A stretch of DNA of 63,770 nucleotides, the filler included, from Basidioascus undulatus (lineage: Eukaryota), in the NCBI GenBank assembly GCA_000826855.1. It is 14 parts of 14 records of this genome, joined end to end, with 100 filler letters (N's around TTAATTAATTAA, not from the genome) between each part and the next. Parts side by side here need not be neighbours in the genome. Positions count along the whole stretch, not along the records: positions 36,260 to 39,239 come from JTLS01002570.1; positions 39,340 to 42,313 come from JTLS01002571.1; positions 42,414 to 45,387 come from JTLS01002572.1; positions 45,488 to 48,459 come from JTLS01002573.1; 10 more parts are not named here. The stretch is one strand, 5' to 3'. The translations under genes were made by a program, and so were the position numbers. The notes under the pieces were generated by a model. The model did no database searches and had not been told where the DNA came from. It saw nothing but the letters and a program-made list of their open reading frames with translations. This document shows positions 36,797 to 48,559 of the stretch, one piece after another (the stretch's first letter is position 1; each line of letters starts with the position of its first letter).

Positions 36797-39239
36797 CTAG
36801 ATGAACTTCTTCGCGACGCCCAGCGCGATTGATCCGCTCCCTCGTCGGCGGTGTCCGGCCAGCCCGAGCCCATCCCCGTAGGCCTCCACGGCTTCCTCCT
36901 CCGCACTCGGGAGGTCAAGCGCGACCTCCGCCACGGCGTTCCCGAGCGCGACAAAGAGCGTTGTGGGCTGGGCGGAAGTCGCGACGAGAGTGCGGATGCG
37001 CGCGAAGGGGAGGAGCGGTATTCGCTGGATCTCCTCCGAGGAGCGGGGCGAGCCGCCGCGCGGAGAGATGGGGTCGTCCGAGAGGCCGAGATTCGCGAGT
37101 GCCGCCAGGCGCGGGAGCTGCGCGAGGTTGAGCGAGCTGGAGGTTTGGGACGCGGTGTCGGACTCGGAGGAGAGCGGCATGTCGCTGTCGACACCGCCGA
37201 GCGCGAGGTCCGCCGCGTTAACGAAGAGGTCCGAGCGGGACTCGGCGCCGCGGGCGAGGTTAGTGGACCAGACCTCCCACGGCGCTGCTCTCCTGCAGGA
37301 GCCGCCCGCAGTGCGCTGCTTTCGCCTGACACCCACGAGCGTGCTCCCGCCCAGCAGCGTCCACGAACCCCGCGCAATCGACGTCGAGCCCAGCGCCTGC
37401 ACGCGCACGTCCCCCCAGCGCGAGATCTCGTCGTCCGAATCTGGCGGGCTCTCGGGCGGGACGCAGTCCGGGGGCGGCCCGCTGCCAGTGAAGGTCGCGC
37501 CGTTCGCGTCCGCGTCCTCGGAGTACGACGACTCGCGCTTCTCGCGGTCTAGGACTTGAGCTTGGCTGACACGGCGCGGGAAGCCGTGGCTCGCGAGCGG
37601 GTAGTTGACGCCCGTCGCGGAGGGGACGGCGAGCGAAGATTCGGAGGCGGACACGCGCGCGGACCGGCCGCGCAGGCGCGAGGGGGAGGGCGTAGGGGAA
37701 GATATGAAGGTGGTGGAGAGGGCATCGGCGGAGAGGGAACATGGCAAGAGACTCGGGCAAGCGCAAGAGCCGGACGCTGCGGGGTCGCGCACGAAGAGCC
37801 GGTTGACGGAGACGGTGGACGGCGTCGAGCTGATGATGAAGAGACTCTCCGAGACCTCGTCACCGCACGAAGCACACCTCGCGCTCTCCATGCTGACGAG
37901 GTGCAGTCGTTCCAGCGGAGCGCCTGCCGCCGGGAGGTTGGCGATCAGGCGCTCAGTCCGGGCGTCGAAGAGCGCGACCACGCCGGACACGAGGCCGAGA
38001 GCGACGACGAGTCGAGGCTTGCCGTTAACGCGAATCCGGGCAGTTTTGACCTGCTCGACCGCGCCCTCCGCATGGATCGCGAACATACGGTTCCACGCTG
38101 GTGCTGAATCCGAGCCGAGCCCGCCGAGCTCGGCGTCAGCGCGTCGCCAGAGCTCGACTTTGCCGTCTGGACGAGCGAGCGCGAGTAGCGGGAAGCGGCG
38201 GCGGTCGTCAGCCGTTCCCAAGTCCGGCAGAAACGAAACTCTGGCGCGCTCTCGAACCGGGTCGACCGCCATCGAGCCTTCCAGCGTGAGGCAGCACCAC
38301 TCCTGCACCTCGCCGCTGGCGTGCGCGGCAAGGAGGAAGACGGGCTCTTGCCCGGCGGCGGCTCGCGACGCAGCGAGCGCGCTGGCTGGCGTGGGCGGGG
38401 CCGACCCAGCGACGGGTGCCGGAGCCACGAGGTCGACGAAAGTCAAAGCGGAGACGGCGGTGAGGGGCCGAGTGGTGGAGGGGAGGGCGTTGAGGCGGAC
38501 GGCTTGAGGGAAGGGCGCTGCGAGCTTCCAGAGTAGAAGGTTGCCGGAAGCTGTGCCGGCCGCCGCGTACCGACCCCGACGATCGACGGCGACGCTGGTG
38601 ATCCTTGATATCCGTGCATGAGACGTAGGCAATCGTTGCGCGGACCCCGCACGCGCGATGACCGACGGCGGCTCGTAAAGCGTGTGGTTCTTGCCGGTGC
38701 TGCCGAGCCAAACGGTGACGCGGTTGTCCAGCCCGACCGACAGAACTGCCGCGCCGTCGTCGCTGGCCACCACGAGCTCGACGTCGACGCGGTGGCGCCT
38801 CGGGAGGCCGCGGACCTTGACGCCGAGCAGCGGGCGCTTCTCGGGCGGCTCGACCTTGGCCTGCTGCGCGTCGAGCTTGGAGCGCTGGAGCTCGTGCAGC
38901 TCCTTGTCTTTGAGGAGGTACAGCAGGAGGAGATAGAGCGCGAAGAGCGTGCTCGCGATGGGGAGGACGACGATCTTGCCGATCCACATCAGCGCGCGCG
39001 TGCGTGGCGCGAGGCGGGACAGCTTCGGCGGAGGGGGAGGCGGAAGGCGAGCGCCCTCGGGGACGAGGAGAAGGAGGAGGAGGAGGCGGACGGTGATCGA
39101 CTTGTGTTGATTCGGGTTGAGCGCGGACCACAGCAGCTCTGATGGAGACGCGTCCGGAGAAAAGTTGGGCAAAGAGGGGAGGGCAGTTGCAAAGGGCACG
39201 CTGGAGATGGGCCGGAACAGGAGGAGCAGTTCGCGAGCC
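36797..39239 (-). CDS. SCP1: SREBP cleavage-activating protein (SCAP)-like C-terminal TM plus WD40 region, 5' truncated
   Basis: 800-aa ORF: WIGKIVVLPIASTLFALYLLLLYLLKD TM, then HRVDVELV..SVGLDNRVTVW, ITSVAVD..AAAGTASGNLLLW WD40-like repeats and a CASCG motif; the sterol-sensing domain is not in the contig. Confidence 0.6.
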
Positions 39240-39339
39240 NNNNNNNNNNNNNNNNNNNNNNNNNNNNNNNNNNNNNNNNNNNNTTAATTAATTAANNNNN
39301 NNNNNNNNNNNNNNNNNNNNNNNNNNNNNNNNNNNNNNN

Positions 39340-40582
39340 AGGGAGACGCACTGGCAAGTCCCGATGATGCCGGGGAGGACGACGCCCGCCGTGTAGGACG
39401 CTTGGAACACGCCGAGGATGTTGCACCGCCGCGTGATCTCCTTGATCAGCACCGGCGCGAGCCGCTTGGACCGCAGCTTCTTGTGCACGCAGAGGAAGTT
39501 GACTTCGGACGTCTTGAGATTACTGGGAAAAGGGCATGAGCCTCCTTTTTCTTGCTCTGAACGAGTGCCGAAGTATCCAGAGGGAAGAACTTACACGCCG
39601 TTCACGCGCAGGGTCATCGGGATGGCGGAGATGAAGGCGACGAGCTTGCGCTTGCCGGACGCGACACGCACGCCGACGTGCCAGGACTTTTGGTACCCGG
39701 GCGGCTTGAGGGCCCTGACGGCAGGGAAGGGTAGAGAGTGCGTCAGAGCAAGCTGAGAGGGAGGGGCAGCGGGTAAGACGCACCACGCCAGGAACTCGCC
39801 AGTGTAGTTGAAGCGGAAGGAGGCGTCGTCGTCTTCGACGTAGTTGAGGGAGAGGAGCTCTTGGACGTCCTTGAGCTGTGGGGGGGCAAATGAGTCAGAG
39901 GGAGAGGGAGAAAGGACAGTCGCAATGGGGTGGGGAAAGTGCAAGGACGCACCTCGGCAGGGTCGTTCAGGTCGCAGTCCACCCATTCGTACTCTTTTGG
40001 CAGCGGGTACGGCTCCTGCCGGACCTGGCTGGCCGGTACAGCGGGGTCGATGGGGCCCTCCTCGGCGCTCTGAGTCGGTTGGCTGACGGGTTGGGTGCTC
40101 CAGAACTGTTGCGCCCTCCCCAGTCCTTCAGCACCACAATCAAACACCCTAGCCTGAGAGATGAAAAGGAAGCGCACCTTGTGCGCGCCCATGTCCTTCT
40201 TGTTCATCCCCCCAATGCCCACATTCCCCTTCGCGACATCCTTGATCTTCATCGCAGCGAGCATCTCCCTGATCTGGTCGCGCGACACGGCGTTCGCGGC
40301 CTCCTCGCCGTGCTCCTCGCGGACCTGGTCGAGGACGGTGTCGACGAGGTGGTTGGGCACGCCCTCGGGCTTGAGGATCTTCTTGCGGAGGTTGTTGAGC
40401 TTCGAGCGCTTGGTCGTCTTGCCCTTGTCCTGCAGCGTGGAGGGGCCCGACTCGTGCTCGTCCTCGGACGTCTCCGCGCCCGAGGACGGCAGCTCCGGGT
40501 CCTCGTCCGACCCGCCCGTGAGGTCGATCGTGTTGGACGGACCGGGGGGCGGCGGGGGGCCAGTGGGAGTCGGCTCGGACAT
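39340..40582 (-). CDS. NMT1: Glycylpeptide N-myristoyltransferase, 3' truncated
   Basis: [86 protein letters not shown]. Confidence 0.97.
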
Positions 40583-41012
40583 TGTGTGGCTGGTTGGGCG
40601 TCTAAAATGTAGAGATCAAAGCTCAAGAGAGCAGATGTCTTGATGAGAGAAGACGGGAGTGGAGCGAGCCGTTGAGCGCGAAGCCCGCGAAGCCCGCGAA
40701 GCACGGTGAAGCGGAGGATAGTCCGCGGATTGCTAGGTTGCTTTGCTGACTCAGCGATGTTGGCCTGCTCGAATCAACTTGCCATTTCTTGCCTTCTTTG
40801 CCATCATCTCTCTTCACGCCCACTCACCGCCTCAGCCTCATCAGCCTGTTGGAGGTCTTCTTATCGCTTTCGATACGCACCTTATCCCTGAGCGTATTCC
40901 GCGAAGCGTCCATCAAAGCGCTACTAGACCGCGTCGCCACCCTCGCTCCTTCACCTCCCTTCTCTTCCGATCACACTTCCCCCTACGATCATACCCCCTT
41001 CGACCTCTCATC

Positions 41013-42257
41013 ATGAGCCAATACGGTCCTAAGAGTGACATCAACAAGGCTGGGTGGGAAGAGGTGAGTAGCCTGCTGAACCGAGCGCCCCGCAGGCACG
41101 GCGCTGAGCCCCCACCGCGCAGGCCGAGTTCCCCGCCCTCTGCAACACCTGCCTCGGCCCGAACCCCTTCGTCCGCATGCAAAAGTTTGTTCCCCACCTC
41201 TTTCCCCTTCCCCCATCACCCATCTCACCCACCTCACCCACCTCCTCCCAGACAAGCCTTCGGCAAAGAGTGCAAGATCTGCACGCGGCCGTTCACGATC
41301 TTCACTTGGTGCCCGGGGCAGGGCATGCGCTACAAGAAGACCGAGATCTGCCAGACGTGCGCAAAGGTCAAGAACGTCTGCCAAACGTGCTTGCTCGACT
41401 TGCAGTACGGCTTGCCCGTCCAGGTCCGCGACGCCGCGCTGGGGAGCAAGGTCAAGGCGCCGAGCAGCGACATCAACCGTGAGTACTTTGCGCAGAACAT
41501 GGACGGAAAGGTCCGTTGCTTTTCTTCTTTTTTTCTTTCTTTGGGGATGTTATTTGGGACCGGGGGTGGGCGCTGATGCTGGAATGTGGGACGGTCGCAG
41601 TTGGAGGGCAGCCAGAGCCTGGTCTCGACTTCGCTGGGGCGGGAAGAAAGCGCGGGCAAAGAGATCCTGAAGAAGCTCGCGCGCTCGGACCCATACTACA
41701 AGCGGAATCGCCCCCACCTCTGCTCCTTCTACGCCAAAGGCGGCTGCAACCGCGGCGACGCCTGTCCATTCACGTGCGTCTTTCTCCCCTCCCCCTCCTT
41801 CTTCTCCTCGCCTTCTTTTTTTTCCCACTCCGAACATCGCTGAAGGGCAGGCCTTGGCCGTGGCAGTCATGAACTCCCCAAGACCAATGAGCTCTCGAAG
41901 CAGAACCTGCAAGATCGCTACTACGGCCAGAACGACCCGGTAGCGCGCAAGATTATGCGCACATACACGGCCGACACGGCCCTCGCCCCTCCCGATGATC
42001 ACGAAATCGTGCGTTCCTTCGCCCCTCCTCTTTCCCTGCCTCGCTCTCGCCAACCCACATCTCCGTCGATGCTGACCCGGGCCGCGCGCGCAGACCTCCC
42101 TCTTCCTCACCTCCCTCCCCCCCACCGCCGCCGAGGAGTCCGTCCGCGCCGCATTCACTCCCTCCGCACAAGCAACGATCCGCTCCGTCGTCGTCGTCCC
42201 CGCTAGCAAAGTCGCCTTTGTCAATTTCCGGGATCGGAAGGCCGCGGAACTTGCTGG
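41013..42257 (+). CDS. SLT11: Pre-mRNA splicing factor Slt11/Ecm2/RBM22, 3' truncated
   Basis: [65 protein letters not shown] finger [25 protein letters not shown], and the start of the RRM. Confidence 0.95.
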
Positions 42258-43686
42258 TAAGCGCCCTTCCCTCCTCTCCCATCCTCTGTCCCCCCTTCCC
42301 CTTCCCATTTTGTNNNNNNNNNNNNNNNNNNNNNNNNNNNNNNNNNNNNNNNNNNNNTTAATTAATTAANNNNNNNNNNNNNNNNNNNNNNNNNNNNNNN
42401 NNNNNNNNNNNNNACTCTCATTCCCAGAGCAACAGGAGCTCCAGAGCCAACTGCAGGCACTCCTTGACAAAGGCCTCATCCGTCCATCTGTGTCACCATA
42501 CAGTGCTCCTGTCCTCTTTGTCAAGAAGAAGGATGGGGAGCTCTGGATGTGTGTCGATTACTGAGCACTCAACAACATCACTGTCAAGAACAAGTACCCC
42601 TTGCCATGCATCGACGACCTTCTGGACCGCCTCGCTGGTGCCAAATACTTCACCAAGCTCGATCTCCGCTCTGGCTACTGGCAAGTCCCTATCGCACCAG
42701 GGGACATCCACAAGCGTTTCGGACGAAATACGGCCACTATGAGTTCCTTGTCATGCCTTTTGGCCTCTGCAACGCACCAGCCACATTCCAGCGGCTCATG
42801 AACGACATCTTCCGACATCTTCCGGCCCCACCTGGACGACTTTATCATCGTCTACCTAGACGACATCCTCATCTTCAGCAAGACATACCACGACCATCTC
42901 CACCATGTCAAGCAGGCACTCGAGATCCTCCGCCAACACCAGCTGTATGCCAAGCTCAGCAAGTGCGAGTTTGCACAACAGCAGGTGCAGTACCTTGGTC
43001 ATGTTGTTGGCCCTAATGGCATCCTCCCTGACCCAGCCAAGGTCGAGGCTGTCGTCAGCTGGCCAAGGCCAACCTCAGTCCGTGATGTCCAATCCTTCCT
43101 TGGACTTGCCAACTTCTACCGCCGCTTCATCAAGGACTATAGCCGGCGTGCTACGCCGCTTTCCGACCTCACGCACAAGGACACCACCTTCCATTGGACG
43201 ACCAAGGAGCAGGCTGCTTTTGACAACCTCAAGGCAGCCCTCACCTCGGCAACTACACTCGCCCTCCCTGTCCCAGGCAGCACCTTCATCGTCAAGACAG
43301 ATGCCTCTGATGCTGCTCTGGGTGCTGTGCTCGAACAGATCAACCTGAGCATGCATGAGGTGCACCCTGTTGCATTCGAGTCCAAGAAGCTGCATGGGGC
43401 AGAGCTCAACTATGCCATCCATGAGAAGGAGCTCTTTGCCATCGTCCATGCCGTCCGCACCTGGTGTCACTACCTGGATGGCCAGCACTTTGTCATCACA
43501 CTGACCACCACTCGATCAAGTACCTCGACACCCAGCCCCAGCTCTCCAAGCGCCAGGCACACTGGATGGAGACCCTAGCGGAGTTCAGCTATGACATCGA
43601 ATACAAACCAGGCAAAACAAACACTGCCGCTGATGCACTGTCTAGGCGTCCTCAAGAAGACTCCCAAACACCTGCCATCGCTGTCA

Positions 43687-43840
43687 TCGACACTCAAGCA
43701 CTACCGATTGACCAGCGCGAAGCCATCAAGAATGCCTATCCTGGTGACAAAGATTTCCAGGCCTCGACACTCAAGCACTACCGATCGACCAGTGCGAAGC
43801 CATCAAGAATGCCTATCCTGGCGACAAAGATTTCCAGGCC
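43687..43840 (+). repeat. 77-bp tandem duplication inside the Ty3 pol
   Basis: Copies 43687-43763 and 43764-43840 differ at three positions, all CG/TG; 77 is not a multiple of 3, so pol is frameshifted. Confidence 0.95.
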
Positions 43841-45288
43841 ATCCTGGATGCGCTCCAGCAACAAGAAGCCGACCCAAACACACCACCACCCCTCGAGCTC
43901 CAACAGTGTCTCAAGCACTTTACATTGCGTGACAGATTCCTCCTCTATGCTGCCATCCCAGGCGATGCAGAAGGAGAATGTCTCTGTGTTCCTCAAGGCC
44001 CCATCCGCAACAATGTCCTCCATGATCACCATGACGCCCCGGCCACTGGACACCCAGGATATGACAAGACATACGAACGAATCCACCGCCTCTACTACTG
44101 GCCCAACATGCACAAACACATCAAGGACTATGTCGCCACCTGTGACACCTGCCAGCGCAACAAGGCATCGACTCAACAGCCTCAAGGTGCCCTCCAGCCC
44201 TTGCCGACACCACAACGCAAGTGGGAGCAGGTGTCTCTCGACCTCATCACTGGACTACCCAAGACACACAAGCACCATGATGCCATCCTCGTCATTGTCG
44301 ATCGCCTCAGCAAGCGCGCACACTTCATCCCAACAACCACCTGAGTCACTGGACAAGGGATCGCCAAGCTCTATGTTGACCACATCTTCAAGCACCATGG
44401 CCTACCCAAGATCATCATCTCGGACCGTGACCCACATTTCACTGGTCACTTCTGGTGTGCTCTCCACCAACTCCTTGGCACCCAGCTTGCCATGTCCACT
44501 GCCAATCATCCCCAAACAGACAGCCAGACGGAGCACATGAACTGGACCCTCAAACAGACACTTCAGTGCTACATCGACCTTGACCAGTGCAACTGGGACG
44601 ACAAGCTTGCTTTTGCTGAGTTCGCCTACAACGATGCCCAGCAAGCCAGCACACACCTCACACCGTTCCAAGTCGACACAAGCCAACACCCACACCGCCC
44701 AGGTGCAGCAGAGCTCTCATCAAGGACACCTCAAGCAGACGAGCTTGTCCAGGTGATTACCAAGAACATCAAAGTCGTGCAGGACAACCTCCAGAGGGCC
44801 CAGGCATACCAAGTGTACCATGCCAACCAAGGATGACATCAAGAGACATTCACCATCAGTGACGAGGTTCTTGTGCACAAGTCTGCATTCAGCAATCTTT
44901 TCCGTGACGTCCGCCTCCCCAAGCTTGGCCCATACTGGTTCAGTCCCTTCAAGGTGCTTGAGAAACACAAGACAGCATACAAGGTCCAGCTCCCAGAAAC
45001 CAGCAAGACCCACCCAGTCTTCCATGCATCACTCCTCAAGACCTACAGGTGTGCACCCCCCGGCAATCCCCACTCATCCCGACCTGCCCCAAACCCGCCC
45101 AATGTCCGGCTCAAAGGAGAACACCTCAAGGTCGACTGCATCATTGGTACATGGGTGTACAGGTGTCAGAAGCAATACCTCACCCAGTGGAAGCAGCGCC
45201 CACCTGAGGATGCAACGTGGCTCACAGTGCAAGACCTTGGAGTACTTCCTATGACAACCACGATGCACAATGAGGGCATTGTGTCTAC

Positions 45289-45387
45289 AGAGGGGGAGAG
45301 TGTGAGTGGACTCCCCTGCATCACACCCAAGGTCCTCCCAGCCACACCCCTGTTGCCACCCTTCCAGAACTTTCCATCTCTTTCTAT
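45289..45387 (+). repeat. Polypurine tract and 5' end of the 3' LTR
   Basis: AGAGGGGGAGAG (45289-45300) is immediately followed by TG at 45301, downstream of the chromodomain. Confidence 0.8.
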
Positions 45388-45487
45388 NNNNNNNNNNNNN
45401 NNNNNNNNNNNNNNNNNNNNNNNNNNNNNNNTTAATTAATTAANNNNNNNNNNNNNNNNNNNNNNNNNNNNNNNNNNNNNNNNNNNN

Positions 45488-47222
45488 GGCATGGAGCGGA
45501 CGAGCGGAGAGGGGGTGGGGGAGGGACGGGGGGGATGGGAAGCACTTTGCCGGGTGTCGAAGAGGCACGGACGCGAGAAGAGCCGAAGAGGCTGGATGAG
45601 AGTGGGAGAGTTAGTTGATCCGCAGCAGGGCAGAAAGAGGACATACGCGTTGAGCAGGCTGGACTTCCCCACGTTGGGTTGGCCTGCCGCCATAGTCAGC
45701 GACTGCATTTCACCGGATCACGCTCAATTCCCGAAGACGCACCGATCAACCCCACAGTCAGGACGTCTTCTGACATTCTCTCTCCCTCTCCCTCTGCCTG
45801 CCCATTAACCACCTCGTTCTCCTCATCCGTCTCCTCCTCTCCCTTCTTTCCCTTCCCCCTCTCCTTCCCCCCCACCTCCTCCGCGAACCCGACCCTCATT
45901 ACGCCCCCCCGCCTCGCACCCTCCTCGATCCTCTCGAGCCTCCGCGCCTTCTTCCGGTCCGCCTTGCTCCCTACCGCAACAAGCGGCTCCTCCGCCGTGC
46001 CCGTACCCGCTGCGGCCGTCTTCTCTTCCCTTTCCTTCGGCTCGCCCGTCAGCCGCGCGAGCGCAGCCTGCTCGATCGCGGGCCAGTCCACGCTGCTGGG
46101 CGCTGGGGGCTTCCAGGAGTCCAGCCGGTGCGCGGGGAGGTTTGGCGGAGGCGCGAGGAGCGAGGAGTGCGCTTGGCAGAGCGCGGAGAGGAGAGCGCGA
46201 AGGGAGATTGTGGGAAGGGCGGGTTTGCGGCGTGCTTTGCCTGTTCACCAAATCCTCCGCATCAGCGATGGTAAAGTCGAATTGAATGTAGTGCAAACCG
46301 ACCCTGCTTCCCCACCCTAAGCTCATAGCTCCTTACGCACACGACCTCCTCCTCGCCCGCTCCCGTCTGCTCGCGGACCCAGCGTGTCCACGCGTCGACA
46401 GCCTGGGGCGGGACGAGGTCCGTCTTTGTGAGGACGAAGATGACGCGCTTGTCTCCGCGCGCGATGAGATGCGCGAGGTGCGCGCGGAGGGAGGGGGGGA
46501 GGTGGAGCGGCGGGAAGCGCGCGTCGAGGAGGACGAGGAGGATGTGCGAGATCTCGGTTACGCGCCAGCTGGTGAGGGGAGGGGGGTGAGTGAAGGCTGA
46601 GGGGGAGAGGGTGCGAGGGAGCGTACAGCTGGCGCCCTGGAGAGGAGGGAGGAGGGTGAGCAGGGGTGCGGGGAGATGAGAGAGATATGGACTTGCAGAC
46701 TTCGATGTTCCGCTCGTACACGCCTGCGGTCTCCGAGATGGTCCGCAGGTGCTCGTCCGTCGCTGCGACCCACGTCTTGAACACGCCCGCCTCGTTAGTC
46801 TCGACCTCCTTCTTGGTCATGTCGTGTCTCCATTTAGGTCTTTTCGCTGAAACACCCCCACGATATCAGCCTCATTCCACTGAGCCTCGAAAACACTCAC
46901 GGCAAGTCAGCTCCACGCCCTCCCCCTCGCCCTCCCAAACCGCCTTCTCCCCCGTCACAGGCCTCTCCCACCTCTCCACCCCCGCCTCGCCCTCCGCACC
47001 GCCCCCAATCCCAAACGCAGACTCGAGCTTCTGCGCTGCCCGCCGTCGCGCATTCGATGAAGGGTCGGCGTGCGCGGACTTGGAGAACTTGGGTAGGTGC
47101 CCGGAAGAGGAGGAGGTGCTGGTGGGGAGGAGCGGGGAAGGGTCCTCGCCTCGCTTTCGTGCGCGTGCGGCTTGGAGCTGCGCTTTGTGTGCGGTGCCGG
47201 ATTGGGGCTTACGGCGTGGCAT
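45488..47222 (-). CDS. GNL1: GNL1/Lsg1-family circularly permuted GTPase, 3' truncated
   Basis: MPRRKPQSG..K.AQLQ..RARKRG, KLESAF, KRPKW, YERNIEV..RQLWRVTEISHILLVLLDARFP, VLTKTDLV (G4) before VGLIGQPNVGKSSLLNA (G1) and SSTPGK. Confidence 0.85.
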
Positions 47223-47871
47223 GGGAGTGGTGATGGTAAGAGGACAAGAGAGGTTGGCGGGGGGCCGGGGGGAAGAGAGAAGGCGCGGAGACCTGATGTC
47301 ATGGCGAGTAGTACCTACGGAGGAGACTGTCCTTGACGCTCAGAACTGATCGCACTTCTCCATGATATGCAGCGGGAGTATTTCATACAAAAATGACCAC
47401 AAAGCATACGACGCAAAATGTCCAGCAATTGAGTCGAGGCAGCAGTCAATAATGCACAGATTGGAGGGGCGTCTGTCTGTGGTTGTTCTCGTGCCTCGCG
47501 TGTGCTGTACTCTGTTACCTTTGGAATAACTTTCGGCGCTTCTTAAGATTTACCTGCGTTCTCCCCGTTGAATTAATTCTCGAGTGTTGTACACAAATAC
47601 ATTGTCGAGTTGATTGGCACTGCCAAGAACACTCTGCTCTGAACCGCGGATGATCCGCACTTCGAATCGAAAACTGTCGCGTGATTCTGTCAGTTGCCCA
47701 AAGTGCGCTCCTTGATCGCCTTGCAGCTCCTCCTTCTCGCTGTCTTTCATCCGATCGCATAAGCCAGTTTAGCGCGCAAGATCGCCCAAAGCGACCCTGG
47801 TATTCTGGTGTGTAGATCCTGGCAAATATTCGTAGCCTGGTGGTAGGCTGATTGGAGTACTGCCAGCGCCC

Positions 47872-48459
47872 ATGTCCTCGTCTTCGCACCCCCACGCGAC
47901 CCCGGGGCCTTCCAACGCGCCTTCCAATCTCCATCACCAGCTGCAGCAGCACTCCAATCAGCAGCACCATCAGCATATCCCAAGTCCTCATGAACACCCT
48001 CAGCCTCCGAATCAGCAGCACCGGGGGCAGGACTACCAGCAGTACCTGTATGAGCTCGACATCGCGCTCAGGCAGGCCGCAGAGGTGTCCATGCCCCCAC
48101 TCGGCGCCCAGGGCGGCTACGACGAGCAGAGCATCATGGGCAGGATCTCCGCGAGGGTGCCGGCGGAGATGCCGGGGAGCTTTGAGGGTGGGTCACAAGC
48201 TGTGCTTTCAAGGAAAGGGAGCAGATGGCGAGGAGGCAGAGATGGGCTGGTGCTACATCGAGAGATGAGGGAAACCCTGCTTCTTCTCCTACATGCGCTC
48301 TGATACCGAATCCCAGTTTAAAATACACGCTAAATCCTCTTCACTGTGCAGACTTCCAATACACACTCCCTCAGCACCTCCCCCCGCCCTCGGCGCTCCC
48401 GCATCTTTCGCCATTCGTAAGTAGCTCCTTTCTTCCCACTCTCTGACGAACTTTGACAC
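47872..48459 (+). CDS. His/Gln-rich hypothetical protein N-terminus, truncated
   Basis: ATG at 47872, HQ-rich tract, GTGGGT...GCAG intron, short exon DFQYTLPQHLPP.., GTAAGT donor before the contig end. Confidence 0.5.
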
Positions 48460-48559
48460 NNNNNNNNNNNNNNNNNNNNNNNNNNNNNNNNNNNNNNNNN
48501 NNNTTAATTAATTAANNNNNNNNNNNNNNNNNNNNNNNNNNNNNNNNNNNNNNNNNNNN

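Larger units (their letters stand above)
42414..45387 (+). mobile_element. Decayed Ty3/Gypsy chromovirus LTR retrotransposon (RT-RNaseH-integrase-chromodomain, PPT, start of 3' LTR)
   Basis: [64 protein letters not shown] zinc finger, SLDLITGLP, GPY/F-like and chromo-like YLTQWK..DATW motifs; stops and frameshifts throughout. Confidence 0.96.

Noticed and set aside
36673..39192. Long antisense and alternative-frame ORFs over the SCAP-like gene (also over VPS16 and NMT1)
   Set aside because: These are shadow ORFs caused by GC3-rich codon usage and carry no motifs
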